Notes: generated from the sequence alone by a model not told the origin. 64,000 nt of DNA from Candidatus Poribacteria bacterium (GCA_965198235.1 OZ240248.1:4928001-4992000), one strand, 5' to 3'; counted from the first letter of the stretch, positions 10,508 to 20,744 are shown. Numbers and translations are program-made.

Positions 10508-11698
10508 ATGGATACAAACCTGACTTATGACGCGAAGCGTGCGTACCACCACATTACGCAACTCGCTTTCCCGAGGCTGGTGGGCAGCACGGGTGAATCA
10601 AAGGCGCAGGACTACATCGTTCAGCAATTTGCGGGGTTAGGGCTGGATGTCTCACGAGAATCCTTTTCTTTTACAAAATTCCCCGCGGAGGTATTACCTC
10701 GTCTCCTGTGTAGTCTTTTCGTTCCGGTAGTCCTCTCTGTCCCTTGGCTCGGTGACCGGTTTCCGATACTTGTATGCCTTGCCTGTCTACTCAGCCTCTC
10801 TGTAGCATTGCTTTTTACGCAGTGGCAGAAACGGTTTGAAGGGTTGTATGATGTCGGCAGAACGCATCATTCGGAAAACATTGTTGCAACGAACGGTAGG
10901 AAACCCAATGATAGTCCCCCGGCGTTGCTGTTTGTCGCACATTACGACTCCAAGTCACAGGTGTTACCGATCGCTGTTCGGGCTGCGGCTTACGGCATAG
11001 CGATTGTTGGGCTTATTGCATTGACAACTGTAATGGTGATTGAGGTCGCCACCTTTGCTTGGTTCCCCGATTACATTACCCTCGTCTGGTCACCCGATTC
11101 CATTGTCTGGAGTGTCGCCGGTGTTACTACTTTTTGCCTGCTACTTTTACAAATCAATTTCACACAGAACCTTTCTCCTGGGGGTTTTGATAATGCCTCT
11201 GGCGTTGGTGTTATGCTTGAAGTAGCGGGCGTAGTGATGGCGCGTGGTGAAAAAAAATCTGTTACGTTCCTTGCCGCTGGTGCGGAAGAATACGGTATGT
11301 GCGGTGCGTTACGCTATATCCAAGCACACACTCGCGAATATGACCGAGATCGCACCTACGTTATTAACTTAGATGGGCTCGGCGTTGGGAACGCCGTTAG
11401 CGTCGTCACGCGCTATGGAATCCCGCCGGTTCGCACGGCATATATGTTAGCTGAGATGTTCCGAACATCGGGTAAAGCACTTGACACACAGGTTTCGGAG
11501 CGTTATTTGCCGATCGGTGTCGGGTTAGACAGCATTCCGATTGCAAGCCATGGATTTGAAACAGTTACGTTGACGGCGGGAGATGTGGGAAGTGTCGCTT
11601 TAAAAGTCCATTCAAAGCAGGATAGATGCGACCTGCTCGATACGGAAAGTCTACAACAGATGGGTGAGTTAATTGTCAATGTCGTTGAACGCATATAA
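10508..11698 (+). CDS. M28 family peptidase with membrane-spanning insertions
   Basis: AHYDSK, DNASG, AEEYG, NLDG and C-terminal His; four hydrophobic segments. Confidence 0.82.
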   Translation: MDTNLTYDAKRAYHHITQLAFPRLVGSTGESKAQDYIVQQFAGLGLDVSRESFSFTKFPAEVLPRLLCSLFVPVVLSVPWLGDRFPILVCLACLLSLSVALLFTQWQKRFEGLYDVGRTHHSENIVATNGRKPNDSPPALLFVAHYDSKSQVLPIAVRAAAYGIAIVGLIALTTVMVIEVATFAWFPDYITLVWSPDSIVWSVAGVTTFCLLLLQINFTQNLSPGGFDNASGVGVMLEVAGVVMARGEKKSVTFLAAGAEEYGMCGALRYIQAHTREYDRDRTYVINLDGLGVGNAVSVVTRYGIPPVRTAYMLAEMFRTSGKALDTQVSERYLPIGVGLDSIPIASHGFETVTLTAGDVGSVALKVHSKQDRCDLLDTESLQQMGELIVNVVERI

Positions 11699-12338
11699 AA
11701 ATCCACTTCCAGTCACAGGGGTCATCCTCGCGGGTGGTAAGAGTCGACGGATGGGAGAGAATAAGGCGTTGATGCAACTCGGAGACGATTCGCTCATCGA
11801 ACACGTTATCCGCTGTATGCGCCTTATCACGGACGAACTTCTGCTTGTCACCAATAGCCCTACTGAATATGCACACCTCGGTGTGTCGATGCACGGCGAT
11901 ATTCTCCCCGGCACTGGCGCGTTGGGAGGCATCTATACCGGTTTGACGCGTGCTTCGTATGATATTGTACTCTGTGCTGCGTGCGATAGTCCGTTTTTAG
12001 AGTCGAAACTACTCACCTATCTTGTCTCTGCTCTGGGAGCATATGATGCAGTGATGCCTTATACCTATAAGGAAATCAACGCCTATAGCGACGATACACA
12101 GATAACACTCCAGACGTTGTGTGCAGCCTATTCTAAACGCTGTCTATCTATTATTGAGTTGATGTTACGGGACTCCGAGTTGCGCGTCCATGCCCTACAG
12201 GAACGCGCACACATAAAGCGTGTTTCACCTGAAGTCTGGCGGGAGTTTGACTCGGAGGGCATGTCCTTTTTCAATATCAACACGCCTGAAGACTTTGAGA
12301 GAGCAAATTCCTATATGAGATCCCAAGCTGCGTGTTAA
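11673..12338 (+). CDS. mobA: Molybdenum cofactor guanylyltransferase
   Basis: LAGGKSRRMG.NKA, ACDSP and FFNINTPED motifs. Confidence 0.92.
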   Translation: MSMSLNAYKNPLPVTGVILAGGKSRRMGENKALMQLGDDSLIEHVIRCMRLITDELLLVTNSPTEYAHLGVSMHGDILPGTGALGGIYTGLTRASYDIVLCAACDSPFLESKLLTYLVSALGAYDAVMPYTYKEINAYSDDTQITLQTLCAAYSKRCLSIIELMLRDSELRVHALQERAHIKRVSPEVWREFDSEGMSFFNINTPEDFERANSYMRSQAAC

Positions 12339-12562
12339 GTCTGTCTTACACTTTCCCTGAGTCGTGCGCGCTTGTGTTTAGATTTCGATGTCCTTTACGT
12401 TCTCAGAAATCTGAATTTTCGTTTTAAACCTTTTCGCTGAAAACTCCTCTCTTTATAACTGAAATTTAATTAGTTAGAGTTGCAAAATTACGAATATGCA
12501 ACCTTCTTCCCTATAATATGTGTCACGTGTCACAAGGTAATGTTGTTGATTGGAGGGGACGC

Positions 12563-12835
12563 ATGAAAAACGATGATGCGAAATGGATTGAACGCATCTT
12601 GGCAGGCGATAAAGCGGGGGAAAGCGTAATCATTAAGTCGTTAGCAACAGCGGAGGATGCTGTTTATGGAGCGAATGATGACGGCATCTATCACTTAAAA
12701 AAGGAAACAGGGACTTGGGAACAAATTGTGCCTGAAATTCCAGATGCGATAACTTCTCTCGTTGTTGATGGAGATACCTTTTACGTTGGTACGGAACATC
12801 GTGGTGTGCTCCGTCTTGAACGTGCCAATCAGTAG
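12563..12835 (+). pseudogene. Internally deleted ECF sigma-70/beta-propeller gene remnant
   Basis: GGAGG RBS, then MKNDDAKWIERILAGD (ECF sigma N-terminus) joined directly to the last propeller blades (..GIYHL..WEQ..SLVVDGDTFYVGTEHRGVLR). Confidence 0.55.
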
Positions 12836-12902
12836 ACGTGTACGCTTGTAGCAGATGCTATCTAAAGTGATAGGGAACGAAATGCATATAGAGGTATGAT
12901 TA

Positions 12903-14414
12903 ATGCTAACAACACTCATCCGCCGAGAACTCCTCGACAACCTAATGACGTTTCGATTTGCGGTAGCTGTTTTTATTATGCTGTTGCTTGTGGTTGCCAA
13001 TACCGTTGTGCTTATTAAGGATTATGAGCAGCGTTTGGCAAGCCATAACGCTGCTGTCAAAGGGCATCAGCGGCAGCTTCAGGAGAAAAAAACGTATTCC
13101 GCAGGGACAGAGAAATTATTTGTCGACCGGCCTCCGAACCCAGTAAGCATTTTCAATGTTGGGTTCGATAAGCAACTCGGAAATCAGATTCGGGTATCAC
13201 ATACTTATGTGCCATCGCTGTGGGATGCCGGAATGCATGGGTCGGATAATCCGTTTATGGATATGTTCGCCTCCATGGATATTGTTTTTATCTTTGAGGT
13301 GATCCTGAGTTTGTTAGCACTGATTTTTGCCTACGATACCCTCGCGGGTGAATACGAGCGTGGCACATTACGTCTGGTCTTGACATCGCACGTCCATCGC
13401 GGGCATATCCTATTTGCGAAGTACATCAGTGCAATGCTCTGCCTACTCGCGCCATTGCTAATGAGCCTGCTTCTCGCAGTCATTTTGCTGACGACGACCT
13501 CCTCCATTTCTCTGAACGCCGATGATTTTTTACGGATCGGCGGGATTATTTTAACAACCGTTGTGTATCTTTCTATATTCTATCTCATCGGGCTGCTGAT
13601 TTCGGCGGCGACGCGTCGAACACGTACCGCCTTGATGCTCTCCATGTTCGTGTGGGGGTTTTTAGTCCTTGTCTATCCGAATATGATTCTTGCCGTGGTC
13701 CCGCAACCGGATGCACCGCAGGCACGCCGTGCATCCGCCTTTAATCAAATTGAACAGATATGGGAGGAATTTGACAGAAATCGGAAACACTTCCTCGCCA
13801 CTGACGCTTTTCCTGGCGAAGATTGGCATTTTAAAATTATGGGATCTGGGTGGTACGGTGCATATCTTTGGGGTAGCCCCAGACACCTATACTATATCTA
13901 CGAAAGCAGAATGGAGGCTAATAGCCTTGGCGAGGGATCTGAACCCAAGGTTCCACACGCCCAGAATTACTTCGGTTTCCTCGGTCCCCACGTTATTGGG
14001 ACAGCGGACCAAACGTGGTTTATCCGAAAACCTGCACTGGAAGACATCTTCATTCAACCCGCAAATGTGGAGCGACTCTGGCTAAAACTCTCGCCTGTGG
14101 GGCTGTATGACACCGCAACACAAGCCTGGGCTGGCACCGACTTGCTCGGTGTCAGAGATTTTTTCAAGGCTGCGAGACGATACAGACAGCACGTGATTGA
14201 CTATTTCTATGATGAAGAGGTGTTCAGATCTCGACAGTGGTTTTCTTCGGACAAAGGTGCCGCAGATTGGAGCAATCTACCACAGTTCTCTTTTCAAAGG
14301 GTCAATGCGAATACAAATGCAAAGCGAGCGTTACCGGACGTATGTTTACTGCTCATGATTAATATAGTTCTGTTCATCATAATATTTCTGATTTTCATCA
14401 AAAGTGAAGTGTAG
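12903..14414 (+). CDS. ABC-2 type transporter permease with a large extracytoplasmic loop
   Basis: LIRRELLD, AYDTLAGEYERGTLRL and AKY motifs; about 6 TM segments. Confidence 0.85.
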   Translation: MLTTLIRRELLDNLMTFRFAVAVFIMLLLVVANTVVLIKDYEQRLASHNAAVKGHQRQLQEKKTYSAGTEKLFVDRPPNPVSIFNVGFDKQLGNQIRVSHTYVPSLWDAGMHGSDNPFMDMFASMDIVFIFEVILSLLALIFAYDTLAGEYERGTLRLVLTSHVHRGHILFAKYISAMLCLLAPLLMSLLLAVILLTTTSSISLNADDFLRIGGIILTTVVYLSIFYLIGLLISAATRRTRTALMLSMFVWGFLVLVYPNMILAVVPQPDAPQARRASAFNQIEQIWEEFDRNRKHFLATDAFPGEDWHFKIMGSGWYGAYLWGSPRHLYYIYESRMEANSLGEGSEPKVPHAQNYFGFLGPHVIGTADQTWFIRKPALEDIFIQPANVERLWLKLSPVGLYDTATQAWAGTDLLGVRDFFKAARRYRQHVIDYFYDEEVFRSRQWFSSDKGAADWSNLPQFSFQRVNANTNAKRALPDVCLLLMINIVLFIIIFLIFIKSEV

Positions 14415-14697
14415 AGTGGCAGTCAGCGGTCAGGTCGCTGCGCTTTCAGCGATCAGTTAAGAAACATATATGGCGATTGCTCGTGTGCTTACTACCGCAA
14501 ACTGCTGATTACCGACTGCCCTTACGAATATGGCACAACCGCTCTTTGCTGAAGGCTGATTACTGACGGTTTTCGACAGCCCTTCTGCCGATAAACGTGT
14601 CGAATGAAGGTAAGCCCGACCAACGGGCGGGCTGGATCTACGAAGGAAATCGTTTTTTCATAGATCTCCTGAACGAACCGCAAGGAACATTAAAAGC

Positions 14698-16125
14698 ATG
14701 ATTTGGCATATCACTAAACGCGAACTTTACGATAACCTCAATAGCCTCCGATTTGCCTTGGCAACGGTGTTGTTGCTCGGTTTGATGCTGACCAACGCGA
14801 TTGTGCATCTCCGGGAACACCCGAAGCGCGTCCAGAACTATCACAATGCCATCAACAGATATCAGAATCGCTTAGCCTCTCATGCCGAGGACAGTTTGTA
14901 CAAACTCGCGGAGCAAGGACCCGGATACCTACACAAGAAACCATCCGACCTCCGTTTCTGTGCAGAGGGCGGCGAGACCTTTTTGCCAAGCAATGTGGAA
15001 GGAGGTTACAGCCGTTGGGGGGAGGGAGGTGAACCGCGTTTAGAAAGTTTTTGGATACTGGCATATCATTCGGCTACCCCCGATCTACATAACGTCCGCC
15101 CAAATGTCACCAAAGTGGATTGGGGTTTTATCATCGGCTACGTCTTAAGTCTCATCGCGCTCCTATTTACCTTCGATTCGATTTCCTACGAGCGCGAGCA
15201 AGGCACACTGCGATTGACGCTCGCGAATTCGATTCCGCGGCACACCGTCCTGATTGGCAAGTTTTTAGGGGCATTAATCAGTATAAACATTCCGTTTACA
15301 CTTGCCGTCTTGGTGAACCTCTTAGTAATTTCCACGTCGAGCGATGTACACCTCGATGCGGAGGCTTGGGGACGTTTAGGTCTCATTTTCTTTATTACGC
15401 TCTTGTATATAAGTCTATTTCTCGCATTGGGACTGCTCGTGTCGGCACGTGTGCAACGGAGTGCGGTGAGTCTTGTGATACTTCTATTGGTTTGGGTCAC
15501 CTTTGTCGTTTTTATGCCCAGTACGCTCGTTTCGATTGCGGGACGTTCCACACCGCCAAAGTCTGCTCTCGGATTTTCTGAACGCAGTGCCCAACTTGAG
15601 GAGGAACTTGAGCGCGAATACTACACGCTTCGGTATGGTTCAAATAAGAGTTTAACCCAAATCCAAACATTACAAGTGGCAGGCGAGTACGTCACTAAAG
15701 ATGCAGCAGGGCAGGAACGCCTGCACGAAGAACGCCTAAAACAGCGAATTTCTCAGGTCCGTCGGGCGCGTGCAATCACCCAAATTTCGCCTGTCACCAT
15801 TTTCCAGCACCTCCTTGAATCCTTTGCCGGAACGGGGTTTGAGCGGCATTTGCAATTTTTAGAAAACGTTCAATCTTACGCCCAAGAATTTCGAGTTTTC
15901 ATTGTTGACACTGATCAAGCCGATCCCGAGAGCCTCCATATCTCTGGGGTTCGTGAGGGGATGTCACAGAAGCCTGTCCCTCCAGCGGCGATTCCGAAAT
16001 TTGAAGATACCTTGAGTCTCAGCAAGGATTTCAACACAGCGGCAGTCGATCTTTTGTTGCTCACGCTGTTTATCATAGTCCTTCTATCGGGAGCGTATCT
16101 CGCTTTTGTGCGAGTTGAGATATGA
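14698..16125 (+). CDS. ABC-2 type transporter permease (paralog of 12903..14414)
   Basis: ITKRELYD, FDSISYEREQGTLRL and GKF motifs. Confidence 0.85.
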   Translation: MIWHITKRELYDNLNSLRFALATVLLLGLMLTNAIVHLREHPKRVQNYHNAINRYQNRLASHAEDSLYKLAEQGPGYLHKKPSDLRFCAEGGETFLPSNVEGGYSRWGEGGEPRLESFWILAYHSATPDLHNVRPNVTKVDWGFIIGYVLSLIALLFTFDSISYEREQGTLRLTLANSIPRHTVLIGKFLGALISINIPFTLAVLVNLLVISTSSDVHLDAEAWGRLGLIFFITLLYISLFLALGLLVSARVQRSAVSLVILLLVWVTFVVFMPSTLVSIAGRSTPPKSALGFSERSAQLEEELEREYYTLRYGSNKSLTQIQTLQVAGEYVTKDAAGQERLHEERLKQRISQVRRARAITQISPVTIFQHLLESFAGTGFERHLQFLENVQSYAQEFRVFIVDTDQADPESLHISGVREGMSQKPVPPAAIPKFEDTLSLSKDFNTAAVDLLLLTLFIIVLLSGAYLAFVRVEI

Positions 16126-16356
16126 TACAAATTGCCTATTCCAGAATTTCTTAATGTCCTGTTCTTTACTGCTGCACAGTTATCCTTTCTCAAATGCGAT
16201 CTCAAATAAGAACTCTTTTGACTCTTTTCGTTAAATCTGCTATCATTTTTGCAATTGATGTGGTGACGCGCGGTTAAGAGTATTTTCATCAGTTCCCAAA
16301 CCATTATTTAGCCAAAACCCTCTTATTTTTGGCTAATCTCCCAAAAGGAGTTTATC

Positions 16357-17151
16357 ATGAAAAGAGTTTTTGTGATTTTCGCGGTGACTGGTATACTCAT
16401 CAGTTTTGCACTGTGTAGTAAAGCCAATCCGCCGGACGGATTAGTGCTGCATCTGAGTTTTGACAAAAATACCATTGATGGCGATACCGTAAAAGATCAG
16501 TCTGAAGAAGGTAATGATGGAACGATTAACGGTTCCGCAAAGATGGCCGCAGGAAAGCATGGCGAAGCGTTGGAGTTTGATGGCAAGGATGACTTTGTCG
16601 AAGTACCACTGGAAGATTCGATTACCTTTTCCACTGGCGATTCATTAACAGTTCAAGTGTGGATAAAAACAGATGATGAGCCGCCAAAGAACGATGGGAT
16701 TGTCGGGAATTATCGTCCGGGCACTGACGCGGTTTGGATACTCTCTGTCAGCGGTGACAACCCTGCGACGCGTGGCAAGATGGCCTTTAGTGTCCGGGAT
16801 AAGGGACGTGCGAATAGTGCTGGGATAACTTCGCCGGACTTCCTGAACGATGACAAATGGCATGTCCTCGCTGGTGTCCGAGACCAAAAAGCAAAAAAGA
16901 TCCGATTCTATGTGGATGACAAGTTGATTGATGAAGTTGATGACAACACAAAGGACATTAACAGCGGGCAGTCGATTTGGGTGGGAGAGCACCTGAATCG
17001 ATTTTACAAGGGGTTGATTGATGAAGTGAAGGTGTGGAATCGTCCGTTGACCGCTGAGGAACTTAAACAGTCGCAACTGCAACCGTCTCCAGTTGATGCC
17101 TCCGGAAAGTTGACGACCGTATGGGGAGCGATCAAAACAGCGTACCGATAA
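16357..17151 (+). CDS. Secreted LamG/ConA-like jellyroll protein
   Basis: Signal peptide; ALEFDG, WHVLAGV and FYKGLIDEVKVWNRPL; C-terminal VDASGKLTTVWGAIK. Confidence 0.85.
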   Translation: MKRVFVIFAVTGILISFALCSKANPPDGLVLHLSFDKNTIDGDTVKDQSEEGNDGTINGSAKMAAGKHGEALEFDGKDDFVEVPLEDSITFSTGDSLTVQVWIKTDDEPPKNDGIVGNYRPGTDAVWILSVSGDNPATRGKMAFSVRDKGRANSAGITSPDFLNDDKWHVLAGVRDQKAKKIRFYVDDKLIDEVDDNTKDINSGQSIWVGEHLNRFYKGLIDEVKVWNRPLTAEELKQSQLQPSPVDASGKLTTVWGAIKTAYR

Positions 17152-17156
17152 TACCG

Positions 17157-19436
17157 CTAAAAATTAAGCTTGTACAGAAACTTCACGTTCCGCCCCGGTT
17201 CCGGCATTACCGCTTTGATGAGGGACAGGTGTTCACGGTATGCTGTATCAAAGAGGTTCTCAATCTCGAAAACCAGTGTATTTTCAAGTTGCCACCACGA
17301 GAAATTGAGATAACCGCCCACATCATGGACAAGGTATCCATCCGTGGGTTCCTCGAATTTGCCGAGACGGGTTTGACTCCCCGCAAAACGGGAGGTAACG
17401 TGGAAATGGAAAGGGGAGGGTGTATAGCTGAAGACGAATTTACCGTTCAGAGGGGGAATGCGTTCCAATGGTTTACCGTTGGCTTCAACCGTTCCGTTGA
17501 CGTAACTCATATTGAGCTGTAGGTGAAAGTGCGGTAAGACTTCGCCGTCAATCCGGACCTCTGCACCATTCATTACAACATCCTGTCCGGTATATTGGTA
17601 AATCCACAACCATCCGGCGGTGCCACTTCCCCACTCTTTTTTTCCAGTATTGGTCGGCGTGAGATAGCCGTGTATATGGTTCTGGAAGAGGGTGAGGTTT
17701 AGATTGAATCTGTCTATTGCGTAGCGTCCAAACGCTTCGATACCGTACCCATCCTCAGGTTCCAGTGCCACATTACCTATTTCGTACGAGTAGGCTGCGA
17801 GATGCGGTCCATCGCTGAAAAGTTCCTCAATACCGGGGGCGCGAAATGTTTTCATTATAGTACTGCCGGTACTCAACCTGTCTGTCCAATGATAAATTCC
17901 AGATGCGGCACCCGATACGCCGTTAAAGTCGCGCTGTTGCACCCTTCCGGCTCGGATGACTGTGCCATCATCACTAAACGGTTCTGCCCGTCTAATGTCG
18001 TAGCGGATTGCGCCTTGTAAGGTGAGACGGTCGAAATCTCGCTGATTCAGATAGAAACCCGCGAGAGCAAACTCACGTGTATGGGGTGTCCAGTAAAACC
18101 CGCCTGTGGCATGATCGCGATACTCACCCCAAACACCCATGATGGCGTTGTCTAACACATGAGCCATCGCCGAGAAGTTGTAGGTTAGCACGCCGAATTC
18201 CACCCCGAGCGTGCCGTTTGACTCTAACTCTTGATGTTGGTAACTGGTGTGGACTGTTTGGAGTTTAACTTTATCAATCCATGGACGATTGAAACGATAT
18301 TCCATCTGTCCTTCGTAGCGTTGCCTGTCCAGTGCGATGTTAACACCGCTGATATGTCCTTCAGGGGAACCGGGGATGCCGTAATCTGAACGGTAGCTGC
18401 CACCTGAGACACCAATGTAACCCCAATCTTTGATGAATGATGCGCCTGTTGAAAAATTGACGTTGGAGAGGCTGGTATTTTCCAATGTTCCAATTGGTGT
18501 TTGTGTATCTGTGGCAAGTCGACGGTTCCATTCGAGTTTCCCCGCAAACGGGCCGAATGGTACAACAAAACCTGTTGTTGCTGTCCATCCGGAATTTACA
18601 GATTCGCCTTGGAACGTTAGATTTATATCAGGATGCTTTGGTAGAACTTCGGGAATGTTGTTACGTTTAACGTTGATAACGCCGCCCAATGTGCTTGAGC
18701 CATAAATGAGTGCTCCGGGACCACGCGTAATTTCAACACCTTCAGCAGTCGTTGGGTCAATTGATACGGCATGGTCGGCACTGGATGCGGATTTATCACC
18801 TGTCCGCTCACCGTTTTCAAGAATGAGTAGCCTATCACCCCCCAATCCCCGAATGATGGGGCGCGCGGCTGCCCGCCCCATCGTCCGTTGTGAGATGCCG
18901 GTTTCATCTGACAACGTATCTGCCAACGTCATACCCAATTTCCTTTGGAGTTCTGCGTCCTGCAGTGCTAAATCAGTTGTTTTCTCAAATTTCGCGAGAT
19001 CTCCGGTTGCATCAGACACCCTAATTGTTTCTAATTGATACACTAACACCTTCAATTCGGTCTGGACATAAGGGGTGGATGCGTTGACATCAATCACCTG
19101 TTCAAGCTGCTGATAGTCGGCTTTCGTGAATTGAAGCGTCTGCTTGCCTTCTGGCACGGTATCGAGTTGAAACTGGCCGTTTTCGTCAGTACGGGTACTC
19201 TTCTCAAGTCCAGCGATATAGACGACAACCCCCACAAGTCGGGAGCGACTCTGGGTGTCGATGACCTCCCCGTGCAGTGTGTGTGTTGGAACTTGATCGC
19301 TCTGAGCATCGTTTGTATCACAGCACAGAAACACAATTCCCATCGCTGCAAATAGGTAAATGCACTTAAAAAATGCACCTACCAGAGAAGATTTAGACAG
19401 AAAGGCACAAATACCTGACTGCTCAATAACTCGCAT
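17157..19436 (-). CDS. TonB-dependent receptor, probably metal uptake (ZnuD-like)
   Basis: Carboxypeptidase-regulatory-like N-domain, plug RPIIRG, ASSSADHA, ELFSDGPHLA, ENLFD..Y..H, GRN and terminal Phe. Confidence 0.9.
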   Translation of the reverse strand: MRVIEQSGICAFLSKSSLVGAFFKCIYLFAAMGIVFLCCDTNDAQSDQVPTHTLHGEVIDTQSRSRLVGVVVYIAGLEKSTRTDENGQFQLDTVPEGKQTLQFTKADYQQLEQVIDVNASTPYVQTELKVLVYQLETIRVSDATGDLAKFEKTTDLALQDAELQRKLGMTLADTLSDETGISQRTMGRAAARPIIRGLGGDRLLILENGERTGDKSASSADHAVSIDPTTAEGVEITRGPGALIYGSSTLGGVINVKRNNIPEVLPKHPDINLTFQGESVNSGWTATTGFVVPFGPFAGKLEWNRRLATDTQTPIGTLENTSLSNVNFSTGASFIKDWGYIGVSGGSYRSDYGIPGSPEGHISGVNIALDRQRYEGQMEYRFNRPWIDKVKLQTVHTSYQHQELESNGTLGVEFGVLTYNFSAMAHVLDNAIMGVWGEYRDHATGGFYWTPHTREFALAGFYLNQRDFDRLTLQGAIRYDIRRAEPFSDDGTVIRAGRVQQRDFNGVSGAASGIYHWTDRLSTGSTIMKTFRAPGIEELFSDGPHLAAYSYEIGNVALEPEDGYGIEAFGRYAIDRFNLNLTLFQNHIHGYLTPTNTGKKEWGSGTAGWLWIYQYTGQDVVMNGAEVRIDGEVLPHFHLQLNMSYVNGTVEANGKPLERIPPLNGKFVFSYTPSPFHFHVTSRFAGSQTRLGKFEEPTDGYLVHDVGGYLNFSWWQLENTLVFEIENLFDTAYREHLSLIKAVMPEPGRNVKFLYKLNF

Positions 19437-19448
19437 GGAGGTCCCTCC

Positions 19449-20039
19449 TTATTGGACAGTTACCGGTATCAGAAGTGCCGCCGTGAAATCGGGATGATCC
19501 CCGTGAAGAAGTTGGAGTCTGATTTTCGTTGTCCCTATTTTCAGACCAACGACTTCAAACCGCCACTGCTCTTCTTCACCGTGTTCGTCGTTTCCGTGTT
19601 CGTCTTCGGCGTGTCCCTCTCCATCTTCAGACAGATGGATGTCAATAATGGCGGGATCGTAATCCGACAAGCCCAAGCTGAAGGTCTCCTCTTCGTCATG
19701 TCCATGTTCGTCTTCCTCCTCTTCGCCAACGTGGATTTCTGTACCGCTCGCGTCAAGAAATACGACATGGACCTCAATCTCTTTACCCGCTCCAACGGTG
19801 AGACCGCCGCTATCGGTGCCTTGAAACTGACGATAAACCTCCGATCCGTCAACTTCTAAGGCAAAGCCATCAGCGTCCGCATGAAGTTGTGTCTCTTCTT
19901 CCTCCTGAGCGTGATTATCAACAATAGGGTTATCATCTTCACCACAACCCCCAACAAAGGAGAAGATGGCAACAAAGCTTAGTAACATTAATCGAGAAAT
20001 GGTAACAGAAAAATCGTGCCCAAAAAAGTGCGCAAACAT
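19449..20039 (-). CDS. His/acidic-rich lipoprotein, putative metal-binding partner of the TBDR
   Basis: Lipobox VGGC; DEHGHDEEE, GHAEDEHGNDEHG and LHGDHPDF; 12 nt upstream of the TBDR start. Confidence 0.75.
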   Translation of the reverse strand: MFAHFFGHDFSVTISRLMLLSFVAIFSFVGGCGEDDNPIVDNHAQEEEETQLHADADGFALEVDGSEVYRQFQGTDSGGLTVGAGKEIEVHVVFLDASGTEIHVGEEEEDEHGHDEEETFSLGLSDYDPAIIDIHLSEDGEGHAEDEHGNDEHGEEEQWRFEVVGLKIGTTKIRLQLLHGDHPDFTAALLIPVTVQ

Positions 20040-20323
20040 TGTATTCTCCTATTTATCTGATGACACACGGCGTGTGCCTATTACTTTGTAAAACGAATTG
20101 CTCTTAATAGATGGCATGCACGCGAACGGTCTAAAACGCACATTAGCATGCCGTGGTATCTCATGCATTTTTAGGCAATAGGGATCTCATAGGTTCCCGA
20201 AAGAGATACCATTCATACAGAGTCGGGTCTTGCAAAGCAGCGGTGTGCAAAGGGAGGGCGAGTGTAGGTACTCCCAAACCCTTTGGACAACATAGCAATA
20301 TAAAATAGAAACAGATTTTGCCT

Positions 20324-20662
20324 TCAAGCAAAATCTGGAAGTTCATTGGAGAATACAGGTGGGGCACGACTCCGCGTGTTCGCGGTGAGTCTTAAAGGAA
20401 GAAAAACGGTTTCATAAAGCGGAAGTGGCGTACTCGGAAGGAACGGAGAGGCGAGTGCAAAGGACGCAACTTCACCTCCGACGTGCTGACTGTTATAGAA
20501 ACAGGCTGTACAGATATCCGCAGAGTGGGAGTGTTCAGTATGACCGTGCGTTAGTGCGTTGACACTCAGCAACGCAACATAACAACATAAAATTATTAAA
20601 ATGCCGGTTTTCAAACCACGCCCAAATGTAAGCGTGTTCGGGAAGGTCATACCGTTTCTCAT
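20324..20662 (-). CDS. DUF2946/CruR-like leader protein with CxxC and RAPP motifs
   Basis: Hydrophobic signal/TM segment, HGHTEHSH, CTAC, Pro-rich linker and RSRAPP near the C-terminus; start could be 20662 or 20650. Confidence 0.75.
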   Translation of the reverse strand: MRNGMTFPNTLTFGRGLKTGILIILCCYVALLSVNALTHGHTEHSHSADICTACFYNSQHVGGEVASFALASPFLPSTPLPLYETVFLPLRLTANTRSRAPPVFSNELPDFA

Positions 20663-20680
20663 AACCCATGCCTGTGTTAA

Positions 20681-20703
20681 TATTGAAGATAAGATTTCCA
20701 ATA
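20681..20703. promoter_or_regulatory. Palindromic operator, Fur/Zur-family-like
   Basis: TATTGAAGAT-AAG-ATTTCCAATA, a 10-3-10 imperfect inverted repeat (8/10 pairs) just downstream of the -10 box. Confidence 0.5.
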
Positions 20704-20715
20704 AACTTGCGATAA

Positions 20716-20744
20716 ATTATATCATACGATTGTGTCAATGTCAA
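20716..20744 (-). promoter_or_regulatory. Consensus sigma70 promoter of the leader-lipoprotein-TBDR operon
   Basis: Minus strand TTGACA(20744-39)-17 nt-TATAAT(20721-16) with an extended TG. Confidence 0.75.

Noticed and set aside
20040-20323. Cobalamin or other riboswitch upstream of the TBDR operon
   Set aside because: I could not recognise conserved riboswitch boxes by eye; an Rfam scan would be needed to exclude one
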